In this document: positions 45,621 through 55,490 of the stretch, one piece after another
Position numbering within the stretch: the stretch's first letter is position 1
Layout: every line of letters begins with the position of its first letter
NCBI GenBank assembly: GCA_964016885.1
Contig: OZ024742.1
Location: 368,342,001-368,406,000 of the forward strand
DNA length: 64,000 nt
Source of the DNA: Eledone cirrhosa
Taxonomy: Eukaryota
Reading direction: 5' to 3'
Made by a program: the position numbers and the translations under genes
Notes under the pieces: generated by a model
Told to the model about the DNA's origin: nothing
What the model saw: only the letters and a program-made list of their open reading frames with translations
Database searches by the model: none

Positions 45621-48600
45621 CATATCTTCCACAGGGTCACCATCTAGAGGTCTTGTCAAAAAACACAACAACATATCTACCACAAGGACAACATCTAGAG
45701 ATCTTGTCAATAGACACAACACATTCTCTACCACAGGGGCAACATTTAGAGGTCTTGTCAATAGACACAACACCATATCTACCACAGGGTCAAAATGTAG
45801 AGGTCTTGTCAATAGAGACAACACCATATCTAGCACAGGGTCAACATGTGGAGGACTTGTCAATAGATACAACACCATATCTACAACAGGGACAACATCT
45901 AGAGGCCTTGTCAATAGGGACAACACCTTATCTAACACAGGGAAACATGTAGAGTTCTTGTCAATAGACACAACACCATATCTACCAGTGGGTCAATAGC
46001 TAGAGGCCTTGTCAATAGAGACAACACCATATCTACCACAGGGTCAACATCTAGAGGTCGTGTCAATAGACACAACACAATATCTACCACAGGTCAACAC
46101 GTAGAGGTCTTGTCAATAGACACAACACCATATCTACCACAGGGTCAATATGTAGAGGTCTTGTCAATAGACACAACACCATATCTACCACAGGGTCAAC
46201 ATGTAGAGGTCTTGTCTATAGACAGAACACCATATCTACCACAGGGTCAACATGTAGAGGTCTTGTCAATAAACACAACACCATATCTACCACAGGGTCA
46301 ATATCTAGAGTTCTTGTCAATAGACACATTACCATATCTACCACAGGGTCAACATCTAGAGGTTTTCTCAATAGACTCAACACCATGTCTACCACAGGGA
46401 CAACATGTAGAGGTCTTGTCAAAATACACAACACCATATCTACCACAGGCTCAACATCTAGAGGTGTTGTCAAAAGACACAACACCATATCTACCACAGG
46501 GTCACCATCTAGAGGTCTTGTCAATAGACAAAACACCATATCTACCACAGGGTCAACATGTAGAGGTCTTGTCAATAAACACAACACCATATCTACCACA
46601 GGGTCAATATCTAGAGTTCTTGTCAATAGACACAACACCATTTCGACCACAGGGACAACATGTAGAGGTCTTGTCAAAATACACAACACCATATCTACCA
46701 CAGGGTCAAAATCTAGAGATGTTGTCAAAAGACACAACACCATATCTACCACAGGCTCAACATCTAGAGGTCTTGTCAATAGACACAACACCATATCTAC
46801 AACCGGGTCAATGTGTAGAGGTCTTGTCAATAGACACCACACCATATCTACCACAGGATCAACATGTAGAGATCTTGTCAATAAACACAACACCATATCT
46901 ACCACAGGGTCAACATCTAGATGTCTTCTCAATAGACACAACACTATCTCTACCACAGGGTCAACATCTAGAGGTCTTGTCAATAGACACAACACCATAT
47001 CTACCACAGGGTCAACATCTAGAGGCCTTGTCAATAGGGACAACACCTTATGTACCACAGGTAAACATGTAGAGGTCTTGTCAATAGACACAACACCATA
47101 TCTACCACAGGGTCAATATGTAGAGGTCTTGTCAATAGACACAACACCATATCTACCACAGGGTCAACATGAAGAGGTCTTGTCAATAGACACAACACCA
47201 TATCTACCACAGGGACAACATCTCGATATCTTGTCAAACGACACAACATCATATCTTCCACAGGGTCACCATCTAGAGGTCTTGTCAATAAACACAACAA
47301 CATATCTACCACAAAGTCAACATCTAGAGATCTTGTCAATAGACACAACACATTCTCTACCACAGGGGCAACATTTAGAGGTCTTGTCAATAGACACAAC
47401 ACCATATCTACCACAGGGTCAAAATGTAAAGGTCTTGTCAATAGAGACAACACCATATCTAGCACAGGGTCAACATGTGGAGGACTTGTCAATAGATACA
47501 ACACCATATCTACAACAGGGACAACATCCAGAGGCCTTGTCAATAAGGACAACACCTTATCTAACACAGGGAAACATGTAGAGTTCTTGTCAATAGACAC
47601 AACGCCATATCTACCAGTGGGTCAATAGCTAGAGGCCTTGTCAATAGAGACAACACCATATCTACCACAGGGTCAACATCTAGAGGTCGTGTCAATAGAC
47701 ACAACACAATATCTACCACAGGTCAACACGTAGAGGTCTTGTCAATAGACACAACACCATATCTACCACAGGGTCAATATGTAGAAGTCTTGTCAATAGA
47801 CACAACACCATATCTACCACAGGGTCAACATGTAGAGGTCTTGTCAATAGACAGAACACCATATCTACCACAGGGTCAACATGTAGAGCTCTTGTCAATA
47901 AACACAACACCATATCTACCACAGGGTCAATATCTAGAGTTCTTGTCAATAGACACATTACCATATCTACCACAGGGTCAACATCTAGAGGTTTTCTCAA
48001 TAGACTCAACACCATGTCTACCACAGGGACAACATGTAGAGGTCTTGTCAAAATACACAACACCATATCTACCACAGGGTCAAAATCTAGAGGTGTTGTC
48101 AAAAGACACAACACCATATCTACCACAGGCTCAACATCTAGAGGTGTTGTCAATAGACACAACACAATATCTACCACAGGCTCAACATCTAGAGGTTTTG
48201 TCAATAGACACAACACCATATCTACCACAGGGTCAACATCTAGAGGTCTTGTCAATAGACACAACACCATATCTACCACAGGGTCAACATATGGAGGTTT
48301 TGTCAATAGACACAACACCATATCTACCACAGGGACAACATGTAGAGGTCTTGTCAAAATACACAACACCATATCTACCACAGGGTCAAAATCTAGAGGT
48401 CTTGTCAACATACACAACACCATATCTACCACAGAGTCAAAATCTAGAGGTCTTGTCAAAAGACACAACACCATATGTACCACAGTCTCAACATCTAGAG
48501 GTGTTGTCAAAAGACACAACACCATATCTACCACAGGCTCAACATCTAGAGGTCTTGTCAAAAGACACAACACCATATCTACCACAGAGTCAACATCTAG

Positions 48601-51600
48601 AAGTCTTGTCAATAGACACAACACCATATCTACAACAGGGACAACATGTAGAGGTCTTGTCCAAATACACAACACCATATCTACCACAGGGTCACCATCA
48701 AGAGGTCTTGTCAATAGAGACAACACCATATCTAGCACAGGGTCAACATGTGGAGGACTTGTCAATAGATACAACACCATATCTACCACAGGGTCAACAT
48801 CTAGAGGCCTTGTCGATAGGGACAACACCTTATCTAACACAGGGAAACATGTAGAGTTCTTGTCAATAGACACAACACCATATCTACCAGTGGGTCAATA
48901 TCTAGAGGCCTTGTCAATAGAGACAACACCATATCTCCCACAGGGTCAACATGTAGAAGTCTTGTCAATAGACACAACACCATATCTACCACAGGGTCAA
49001 CATCTAGAGGTCGTGTCAATAGACACAACACAATATCTACCATAGGGTCAACATCTAGAGGCCTTGTCAATAGGGACAACACCTTATCTACCACAGGTCA
49101 ACATGTAGAGGTCTTGTCAATAGACACAACACCATATCTACCACAGGGTCAACATGTAGAGGTCTTGTCAATAGACACAACACCATATCTACCACAGGGT
49201 CAACATGTAAAGGTCTTGTCAATAAACACAACACCATATCTACCACAGGGTCAATATCTAGAGTTCTTGTCAATAGACACAACACCATATCTACCACAGG
49301 GTAAACATCTAGAGGTTTTGTCAATAGACACAACACCATATCGACCACAGGGACAACATGTAGAGGTCTTGTCAAAATACACAACACCATATCTACCACA
49401 GGGTCAACATCTAGAGGTGTTGTCAAAATACACAACACCATATCTACCACAGGGTCAACATCTAGAGGTCTTGTCAAAATACACAACACCATATCTACCA
49501 CAGGTCAACTTGTAGAGGTCTTGTCAATAGACACAACACCATATCTACCACAGGGTCAACATGTAGAGGTCTTGTCATTAAAAACAACACCATATCTACC
49601 ACAGGGTCAACATCTAGATGTCTTCTCAATAGACACAAAACTATCTCTACCACAGGGTCAACATCTAGAGGTCTTGTCAATAGACACAACACAATATCTA
49701 CCACCGGGTCAACATCTAGAGGCCTTGTCAATAGGGACAACACCTTATCTACCACAGGTCAACATGTATAGGTTTTGTCAATAGACACAACATCATATCT
49801 ACCACAGGGTCAATATGTAGAGGTCTTGTCAATAGACACAACACCATATCTACCACAGGGTCAACATGTAGAGGTCTTGTCAAAAGACACAACACCATAT
49901 CTACATCAGGGTCACCATCTAGAAGTCTTGTCAATAGAGACAACACCATATCTACCACAGGGTCAACATCTAGAGATCTTGTCAATAGACACAACACTAT
50001 CTCTACCACAGGGTCAACATTTAGAGGTCTTGTCAATAGACACAACACCATATCTACCACAGGGTCAATATGTAGAAGTCTTGGCAATAGACACAACACC
50101 ATATCTACCACAGGGTCAACATCTAGAGGTCTTGTCAATAGACACAACACCATATCTACCACAGGGTCAACATCTAGAGATCTTGTCAATAGACACAACA
50201 CTATCTCTACCACAGGGTCAACATTTAGAGGTCTTGTCAATAGACACAACACCATATCTACCACAGGGTCAATATTTAGAAGTCTTGGCAATAGACACAA
50301 CACCATATCTACCACAGGGTCAACATCTAGAGGTCTTGTCAAAAGACACAACACCATATCTACCACAGGGTCACCATCTAGAGGTCTTGTCAAAAAACAC
50401 AACAACATATATACCGCAGTGTCAACTTCTAGAGTTCTTGTCAAAAGACACAACACCAAATCTACCTCAGTGTCACCATCTAGAGGTGTTGTCAATAGAG
50501 ACAACACCATATCTAGCACAGGGTCAACATGTGGAGGTCTTGTCAATAGATACAACACCATATCTACCACAGGGTCAACATGTAGAGGTCTTGTCAATAG
50601 AAACAACAGCATATCTACCACAGGGTCAACATCTAGAGGTCTTGTCAATAGACACAACACCACATCTACCACAGGGTCAACATCTAGAGGTCGTGTCAAT
50701 AGACACAACACCATATCTACCACAGGGTCAACATCTCGAGACCTTGTCAATAGGGACAGCTCCTTATCTACCACAGGTCAACATGTAGAGGTCTTGTCAA
50801 TAGACACAACACCATATCTACCACAGGGTCAATATGTAGATATCTTGTCAATAGACACCACACCATATCTACCACAGGGTCAATATCTAGAATTCTTGTC
50901 AATAGACACAACACCATATCTACCATAGGTCAACATCTAGAGGTTTTGTCAATAGACACAACAACATATCTACCACAGGGACAACATGTAGAGGTCTTGT
51001 CAAAATACACAACACCATATCTACCACAGGGTCAAAATCTAGAGGTCTTGTCAAAATACACAACACCATATCTACCACAGGCTCAACATCTAGAGGTGTT
51101 GTCCAAAGACACAACACCATATCTACCACAGGCTCAACATCTAGAGGTCTTGTCAAAATACACAACACCATATCTACCACAGGGTCAGCATCTAGAGCTC
51201 ATGTCAATAGACAAAACACCATATCTACCACAGGTTCAACATGTGGAGGTCTTGTCAATAGAGACAACACCATATCTACCACAGGGTCAATATGTAGAGG
51301 TCTTGTCAATAGACACAACACCATATCTACCACAGGGACAACATGTAGAGGTCTTGTCAATAGAGAAAACACCATATCTACCACAGGGTCAATATCTCGA
51401 GGTCTTGTCAAAAGACACAACTCCATATCTACCACAGGGTCAACATGTAGATGTCTTGTCAATAGACACAACACCATATCTACCACAGGGTCAACATGTA
51501 GATGTATTGTCAATAGACACAACACCATATCTACCACAAGGTCAATATGTAGAGCTCTTGTCAATAGACACAACACCATATCTACCACAGGTCAAAATCT

Positions 51601-51744
51601 AGAGGTCTTGTCAATAGACACAACACCATATCTACCACAGGGTTAATATGTAGAGGTTTTGTCAATAAATATAACACAATATCTGTTGTTGCACTCTTCC
51701 AAAGCCGCCATTGGTCTCGTACATAACAGACATACAACAAACAT

Positions 51745-51887
51745 TCAATTATGTTATATCAACAACGCATATCATCATACATATTGTATTCTTTCATTAT
51801 ATCTTCACTGTATCCTACTATGTTAAATATCCACACATATTACATTGAATAATATTTTCTCTACAAATTAACTACACCACCGCACAC
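51745..51887. repeat. Degenerate proto-units of the 48-bp minisatellite (left flank)
   Basis: Motifs ATGTTATATCAACAAC, ATTGTATTCTTTCAT and CACTGTATCCTACTATGTTAAATATCCACAC resemble CTGTATTATATCATGGTATATCC of the 48-mer and the right-flank units. Confidence 0.6.
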
Positions 51888-53447
51888 GGTATATCCTTAA
51901 CTTAGATACCACCACCTCACCCTATATTATATCATGGTATATCCTTAACTTAGATACCCCCACCACACCCTGTATTATATCATGGTATATCCTTAACTTA
52001 GATACCCCCACCACACCCTGTATTATATCATGGTATATCCTTAACTTAGATACCCCCACCACACCCTGTATTATATCATGGTATATCCTTAACTTAGATA
52101 CCACCACCACACCCTGTATTATATCATGGTATATCCTTAACTTAGATACCACCACCACACCCTGTATTATATCATGGTATATCCTTAACTTAGATACCCC
52201 CACCACACCCTGTATTATATCATGGTATATCCTTAACTTAGATACCACCACCACACCCTGTATTATATCATGGTATATCCTTAACTTAGATACCCCCACC
52301 ACACCCTGTATTATATCATGGTATATCCTTAACTTAGATACCCCCACCACACCCTGTATTATATCATGGTATATCCTTAACTTAGATACCACCACCACAC
52401 CCTGTATTATATCATGGTATATCCTTAACTTAGATACCCCCACCACACCCTGTATTATATCATGGTATATCCTTAACTTAGATACCCCCACCACACCCTG
52501 TATTATATCATGGTATATCCTTAACTTAGATACCACCACCACACCCTGTATTATATCATGGTATATCCTTAACTTAGATACCACCACCACACCCTGTATT
52601 ATATCATGGTATATCCTTAACTTAGATACCACCACCACACCCTGTATTATATCATGGTATATCCTTAACTTAGATACCACCACCACACCCTGTATTATAT
52701 CATGGTATATCCTTAACTTAGATACCCCCACCACACCCTGTATTATATCATGGTATATCCTTAACTTAGATACCCCCACCACACGCTGTATTATATCATG
52801 GTATATCCTTAACTTAGATACCCCCACCACACCCTGTATTATATCATGGTATATCCTTAACTTAGATACCCCCACCACACCCTGTATTATATCATCGTAT
52901 ATCCTTAACTTAGATACCCCCACCACACGCTGTATTATATCATGGTATATCCTTAACTTAGATACCACCACCACACCCTGTATTATATCATGGTATATCC
53001 TTAACTTAGATACCACCACCACACCCTCTATTATATCATGGTATATCCTTAACTTAGATACCACCACCACACCCTGTATTATATCATGGTATATCCTTAA
53101 CGTAGATACCCCCACTACACCCTATATTATATCATGGTATATCCTTAACTTAGATACCCCCACCACACCCTGTATTATATCATGGTATATCCTTAACTTA
53201 GATACCACCACCACACCCTGTATTATATCATGGTATATCCTTAACTTAGATACCACCACCACACCCTATATTATATCATGGTATATCCTTAACTTAGATA
53301 CCACCACCACACCCTGTATTATATCATGGTATATCCTTAACTTAGATACCACCACCACACCCTATATTATATCATGGTATATCCTTAACTTAGATACCAC
53401 CACCACACCCTGTATTATATCATGGTATATCCTTAACTTAGATACCC
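51888..53447. repeat. 48-bp minisatellite, 32 full units plus a partial unit
   Basis: Unit GGTATATCCTTAACTTAGATACC(A/C)CCACCACACCCTGTATTATATCAT. Exact 48-bp period with no indels seen. Confidence 0.98.
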
Positions 53448-53706
53448 ACACACTGTATTCTACCATGTTATATCAACAACACAAATATCCAGGCTCTATT
53501 CTACCATGTTATATCCACATATGAAATACCCTCCTCCCCCCACACACACACTGTATTCTATCGTGTTATATCCACAACTCCAATAACCACACATATTGTA
53601 ATTTATCATGTGATATCCACACACTCACTGTATTCTATCATGTTCTATTCGCAACTCAAATACCCAGGCTGTATTCTATCGTGTGATATCAACAACTCTA
53701 CTGTAA
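53448..53706. repeat. Degenerate variable-length repeats related to the 48-bp unit (right flank)
   Basis: About six copies of CTGTATTCTA(C/T)C(A/G)TGT(T/G)ATATC(C/A)AC with variable spacers. Confidence 0.8.
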
Positions 53707-53732
53707 TGCCAGTATTTTATATTCACACATAC

Positions 53733-53772
53733 TGTTATATTCCCATCTGATATGCCCTTGATATCATCATAC
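53733..53772 (-). CDS. Candidate isolated 40-nt internal coding exon (x-YDDIKGISDGNIT); host gene unknown
   Basis: Minus strand reads TTCTCTCTCTCTGGCATATCTTTCACACACTACCTTTACTACCTGCAG | GTATGATGATATCAAGGGCATATCAGATGGGAATATAACA | GTATGT. Pyrimidine-rich acceptor, GTATGT donor, and one of three frames open. No homology evidence. Confidence 0.4.
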
Positions 53773-54099
53773 CTGCAGGTAGTAAAGGTAGTGTGTGAAA
53801 GATATGCCAGAGAGAGAGAATTATTACTTGTTCCCTAAGCAATTTTATAAAACTAACGAAAAGAAAATTAATACTATGTATATCCCAGATAGAAAATTTC
53901 TTTACTTGACTAAAATAAATCAGCTATTTCTATAGCTAATCAAATATTCAGTGTATTTACTGTCTATTGTATTTACTGTCGGAAGACGGCAATATTGCAG
54001 ACGATAATTGAGAATTTTCAACTATTGTCTTAAGAAATGGATAAATTTAGAAATACTCCGTTGCCTTAAATATATTTTCAGGACATAAAAATACATAAG

Positions 54100-54303
54100 G
54101 TATATTAGTGTGGAATGGGCCTCAGTCAGTATCGACGGTGAGCATTCCAGCTGCTCGATCAACAGACTGCTCAAGAAATTAACGTGTTAGTGGTAGAGCA
54201 TTCTACAAAAATGTGTACCCTTAATGTAATTCTTCGGGAGATTTAGAGTAACATGATGTGTAACAAGGCTGGCCCTTTCAATTAGGGGCTTCAAACAATT
54301 TTT
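54100..54303 (-). mobile_element. Decayed fragment of a SINE resembling an abundant octopus family
   Basis: GATCAACAGACTGCTCAAGAAATTAACGTGTTAGTGGTAGAGCATTCTACAAAAATGTGTACCCTTAATGTAATTCTTCGGGAGATTTAG...ACAAGGCTGGCCCTTT is collinear with a common Octopus interspersed repeat as I recall it (GAAATTAACGTGCAAGTGGCTGAGCACTCCACAGACACGTGTACCCTTAACGTAGTTCTCGGGGAGATTCAG...GACAAGGCTGGCCCTTT). Recollection only; no tRNA head visible; strand inferred. Confidence 0.65.
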
Positions 54304-54371
54304 CTTCTGTTTATTTCACTCACTATATACAATGACACTAAAACTTGACCAATTGGCCTATATGTTTTATA

Positions 54372-54391
54372 ATATATATATATATGTGTGT

Positions 54392-54473
<82 letters not shown>

Positions 54474-54502
54474 GAGCAGCAGCATCCACAGCAGCAGCAG
54501 AG
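54372..54502. repeat. Compound microsatellite (TA)n-(TG)n-(GTA)27-(GCA)-like
   Basis: Perfect GTA run at 54392-54472, preceded by TA/TG runs and followed by interrupted GCA triplets. Confidence 0.97.
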
Positions 54503-54565
54503 GTAGTTGTATATGTATATAGAGAGAAGTAGAACACTGGAAGGTAATATCCGTCCATGGGACGA

Positions 54566-54698
54566 GTTACACAACAGTTAGTTCACCATACCGAGAACCA
54601 TTGTTTCACCTTAGCGGATCCTCAGCTCGTAATGTCCACTGAGGATCCGCTAAGGTGAAACAATTGTTCTCGGTATGGTGAACTAACTGTTGTGTAAC
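54566..54698. repeat. Inverted repeat, 60-bp arms (54566-54625 and 54639-54698), 13-nt loop, one mismatch
   Basis: GTTACACAACAG...GCGGATCCTCAG | CTCGTAATGTCCA | CTGAGGATCCGC...CTGTTGTGTAAC. Confidence 0.97.
54586..54634 (-). ncRNA. Minimal type I hammerhead ribozyme-like motif
   Basis: Minus strand: CATTACGAG-CTGAGGA-TCCGCTAAGGT-GAAAC-AATG-GTT-CTCGGTATG. Core CUGANGA and GAAA present, stem I CGAG/CTCG (plus CAT/ATG), short stem III AC/GT, GUU triplet. Stem II is weak (U-U closing, then CC/GG). Confidence 0.55.
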
Positions 54699-54811
54699 CA
54701 CTTCTATATATATATATATATTTATATATATATAACAAAGGAATTGTGGTAAGGAACCAGATGGACCATAACGCACCAGAGTACTCAATACTTAGGGTAG
54801 TAGAGTGGGAA

Positions 54812-54933
54812 ATAGGAAAAAGTATGACCCCGACGGCAGAGCTCAAGCCGTTTCGACGGCTATTTCTGGACTGAGTCCAGAAATAGCCGTCGAAACGGCT
54901 TGAGCTCTAAGTCGGGGTCATAATTTTTCCTAT
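54812..54933. repeat. Near-perfect palindrome: perfect 35-bp inner arms (54838-54872 and 54874-54908) around 1 nt, plus 23-bp outer arms with one mismatch
   Basis: ATAGGAAAAAGTATGACCCCGAC-GGC-AGAGCTCAAGCCGTTTCGACGGCTATTTCTGGACT-G-AGTCCAGAAATAGCCGTCGAAACGGCTTGAGCTCT-AA-GTCGGGGTCATAATTTTTCCTAT. Confidence 0.97.
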
Positions 54934-55000
54934 ATATATATATATATATGGCGTAGGACAGAACAAAGGAGAGGCACAAAAACAAAGAAAAGGATCCCCA

Positions 55001-55043
55001 GTCACTGAAGAGGTCACATAATGTGTGACGAAAGAACTTTGAC
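55001..55043 (+). ncRNA. Type I hammerhead ribozyme-like motif
   Basis: GTCA-CTGAAGA-G-GTCACAT-AAT-GTGTGAC-GAAA-GAAC-TT-TGAC. Stem I GTCA/TGAC, 7-bp stem II, conserved core boxes, CUU triplet. It has one extra G before stem II and a very short stem III. Confidence 0.6.
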
Positions 55044-55194
55044 AATATATGAACAACCGTCCGATTGTGGAACCAACCAACCAACCGGAAATTTATGAAT
55101 TCTTAAATTTATAAGTTTAATTTATAATAAATTGGAGTGGTACAACTGGTGCGTGTGTTTCTTATTGGCAACATCACCCTCCCAAAGTATAACA

Positions 55195-55361
55195 ATATAT
55201 ATATATATATATATAATACCTAACTCCTATTAACCTAAGTATATATATATACATATATACAACTTACATACATATACACGTACAGACACATCTAGAGAGA
55301 GAAAGAGACAGAGTGAGAGAGAGAGAGAGGATGGTTGGAGTGAAAGAAGGGGGGGGGGGGG
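55195..55361. repeat. Low-complexity tract: (TA)n, TA/CA mix, (GA)n, G13
   Basis: TA runs at ~55195-55215 and ~55240-55277, GA-rich ~55293-55329, poly-G 55349-55361. Confidence 0.9.
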
Positions 55362-55490
55362 ATATCATTGTTTGAAAGTGAAATTCGAAGACTCAGTTGA
55401 TACTGGCACTGGTGGGAATTGTCGGCAGAGGTTTTAATTCCATAGTTTATGGCAATATAATGTTTACCAATATATTGATAACATGGTGTC

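Larger units (their letters stand above)
1..51684. repeat. 51-bp tandem satellite array (~1,010 monomers; runs off the left edge of the window)
   Basis: Consensus GTCAATAGACACAACACCATATCTACCACAGGGTCAACAT(C/G)TAGAGGTCTT repeats head-to-tail in one orientation throughout. Frequent 50-bp variants (GGG>GG). The last degenerate monomer ends ...ATAACACAATATCT at ~51684. Confidence 0.99.
54510..55215. mobile_element. Three (TA)n-bounded modules, probable Penelope-like element terminal-repeat remnants
   Basis: Modules ~54520-54705, ~54736-54930 and ~54950-55195 are separated by TA tracts. Each holds hammerhead core motifs and two are fold-backs. No RT or GIY-YIG ORF is present, so the family call is inference. 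Confidence 0.5.

Noticed and set aside
71-51602. Hundreds of ORFs with 17-aa repeats (SIDTTPYLPQGQHLEVL, VDPVVDMVLCLLTRPLD, RGLVNRHNTISTTGSTS)
   Set aside because: 51 is divisible by 3 and several frames lack stops, so ORFs appear on both strands at once. Frequent 50-bp monomers break the frame, and variants show no evident codon-position bias.
1-51684. CRISPR-like regular repeat array
   Set aside because: No unique spacers: the whole period is repeated. No cas genes, and the context is eukaryotic.
51922-53115. 397-aa ORF (VSKLRIYHDIIQGVVG)n
   Set aside because: It is the translation of the 48-bp minisatellite. Neighbouring units contain stops and there is no unique coding flank.
54531-54542. 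AGAACACTGGAA match between module 1 and the 64-bp satellite subunits
   Set aside because: Too short to distinguish from chance.
54291-54574. Poly-L/V/Y/T ORFs
   Set aside because: These are translations of the (GTA)27 microsatellite.
54566-54933. Hairpins as pre-miRNAs, intrinsic terminators or MITEs
   Set aside because: The arms are near-perfect and longer than typical pre-miRNA stems, and terminators are irrelevant in this eukaryotic context. A TA-targeting MITE is not excluded, but the hammerhead motifs favour a retroelement origin.
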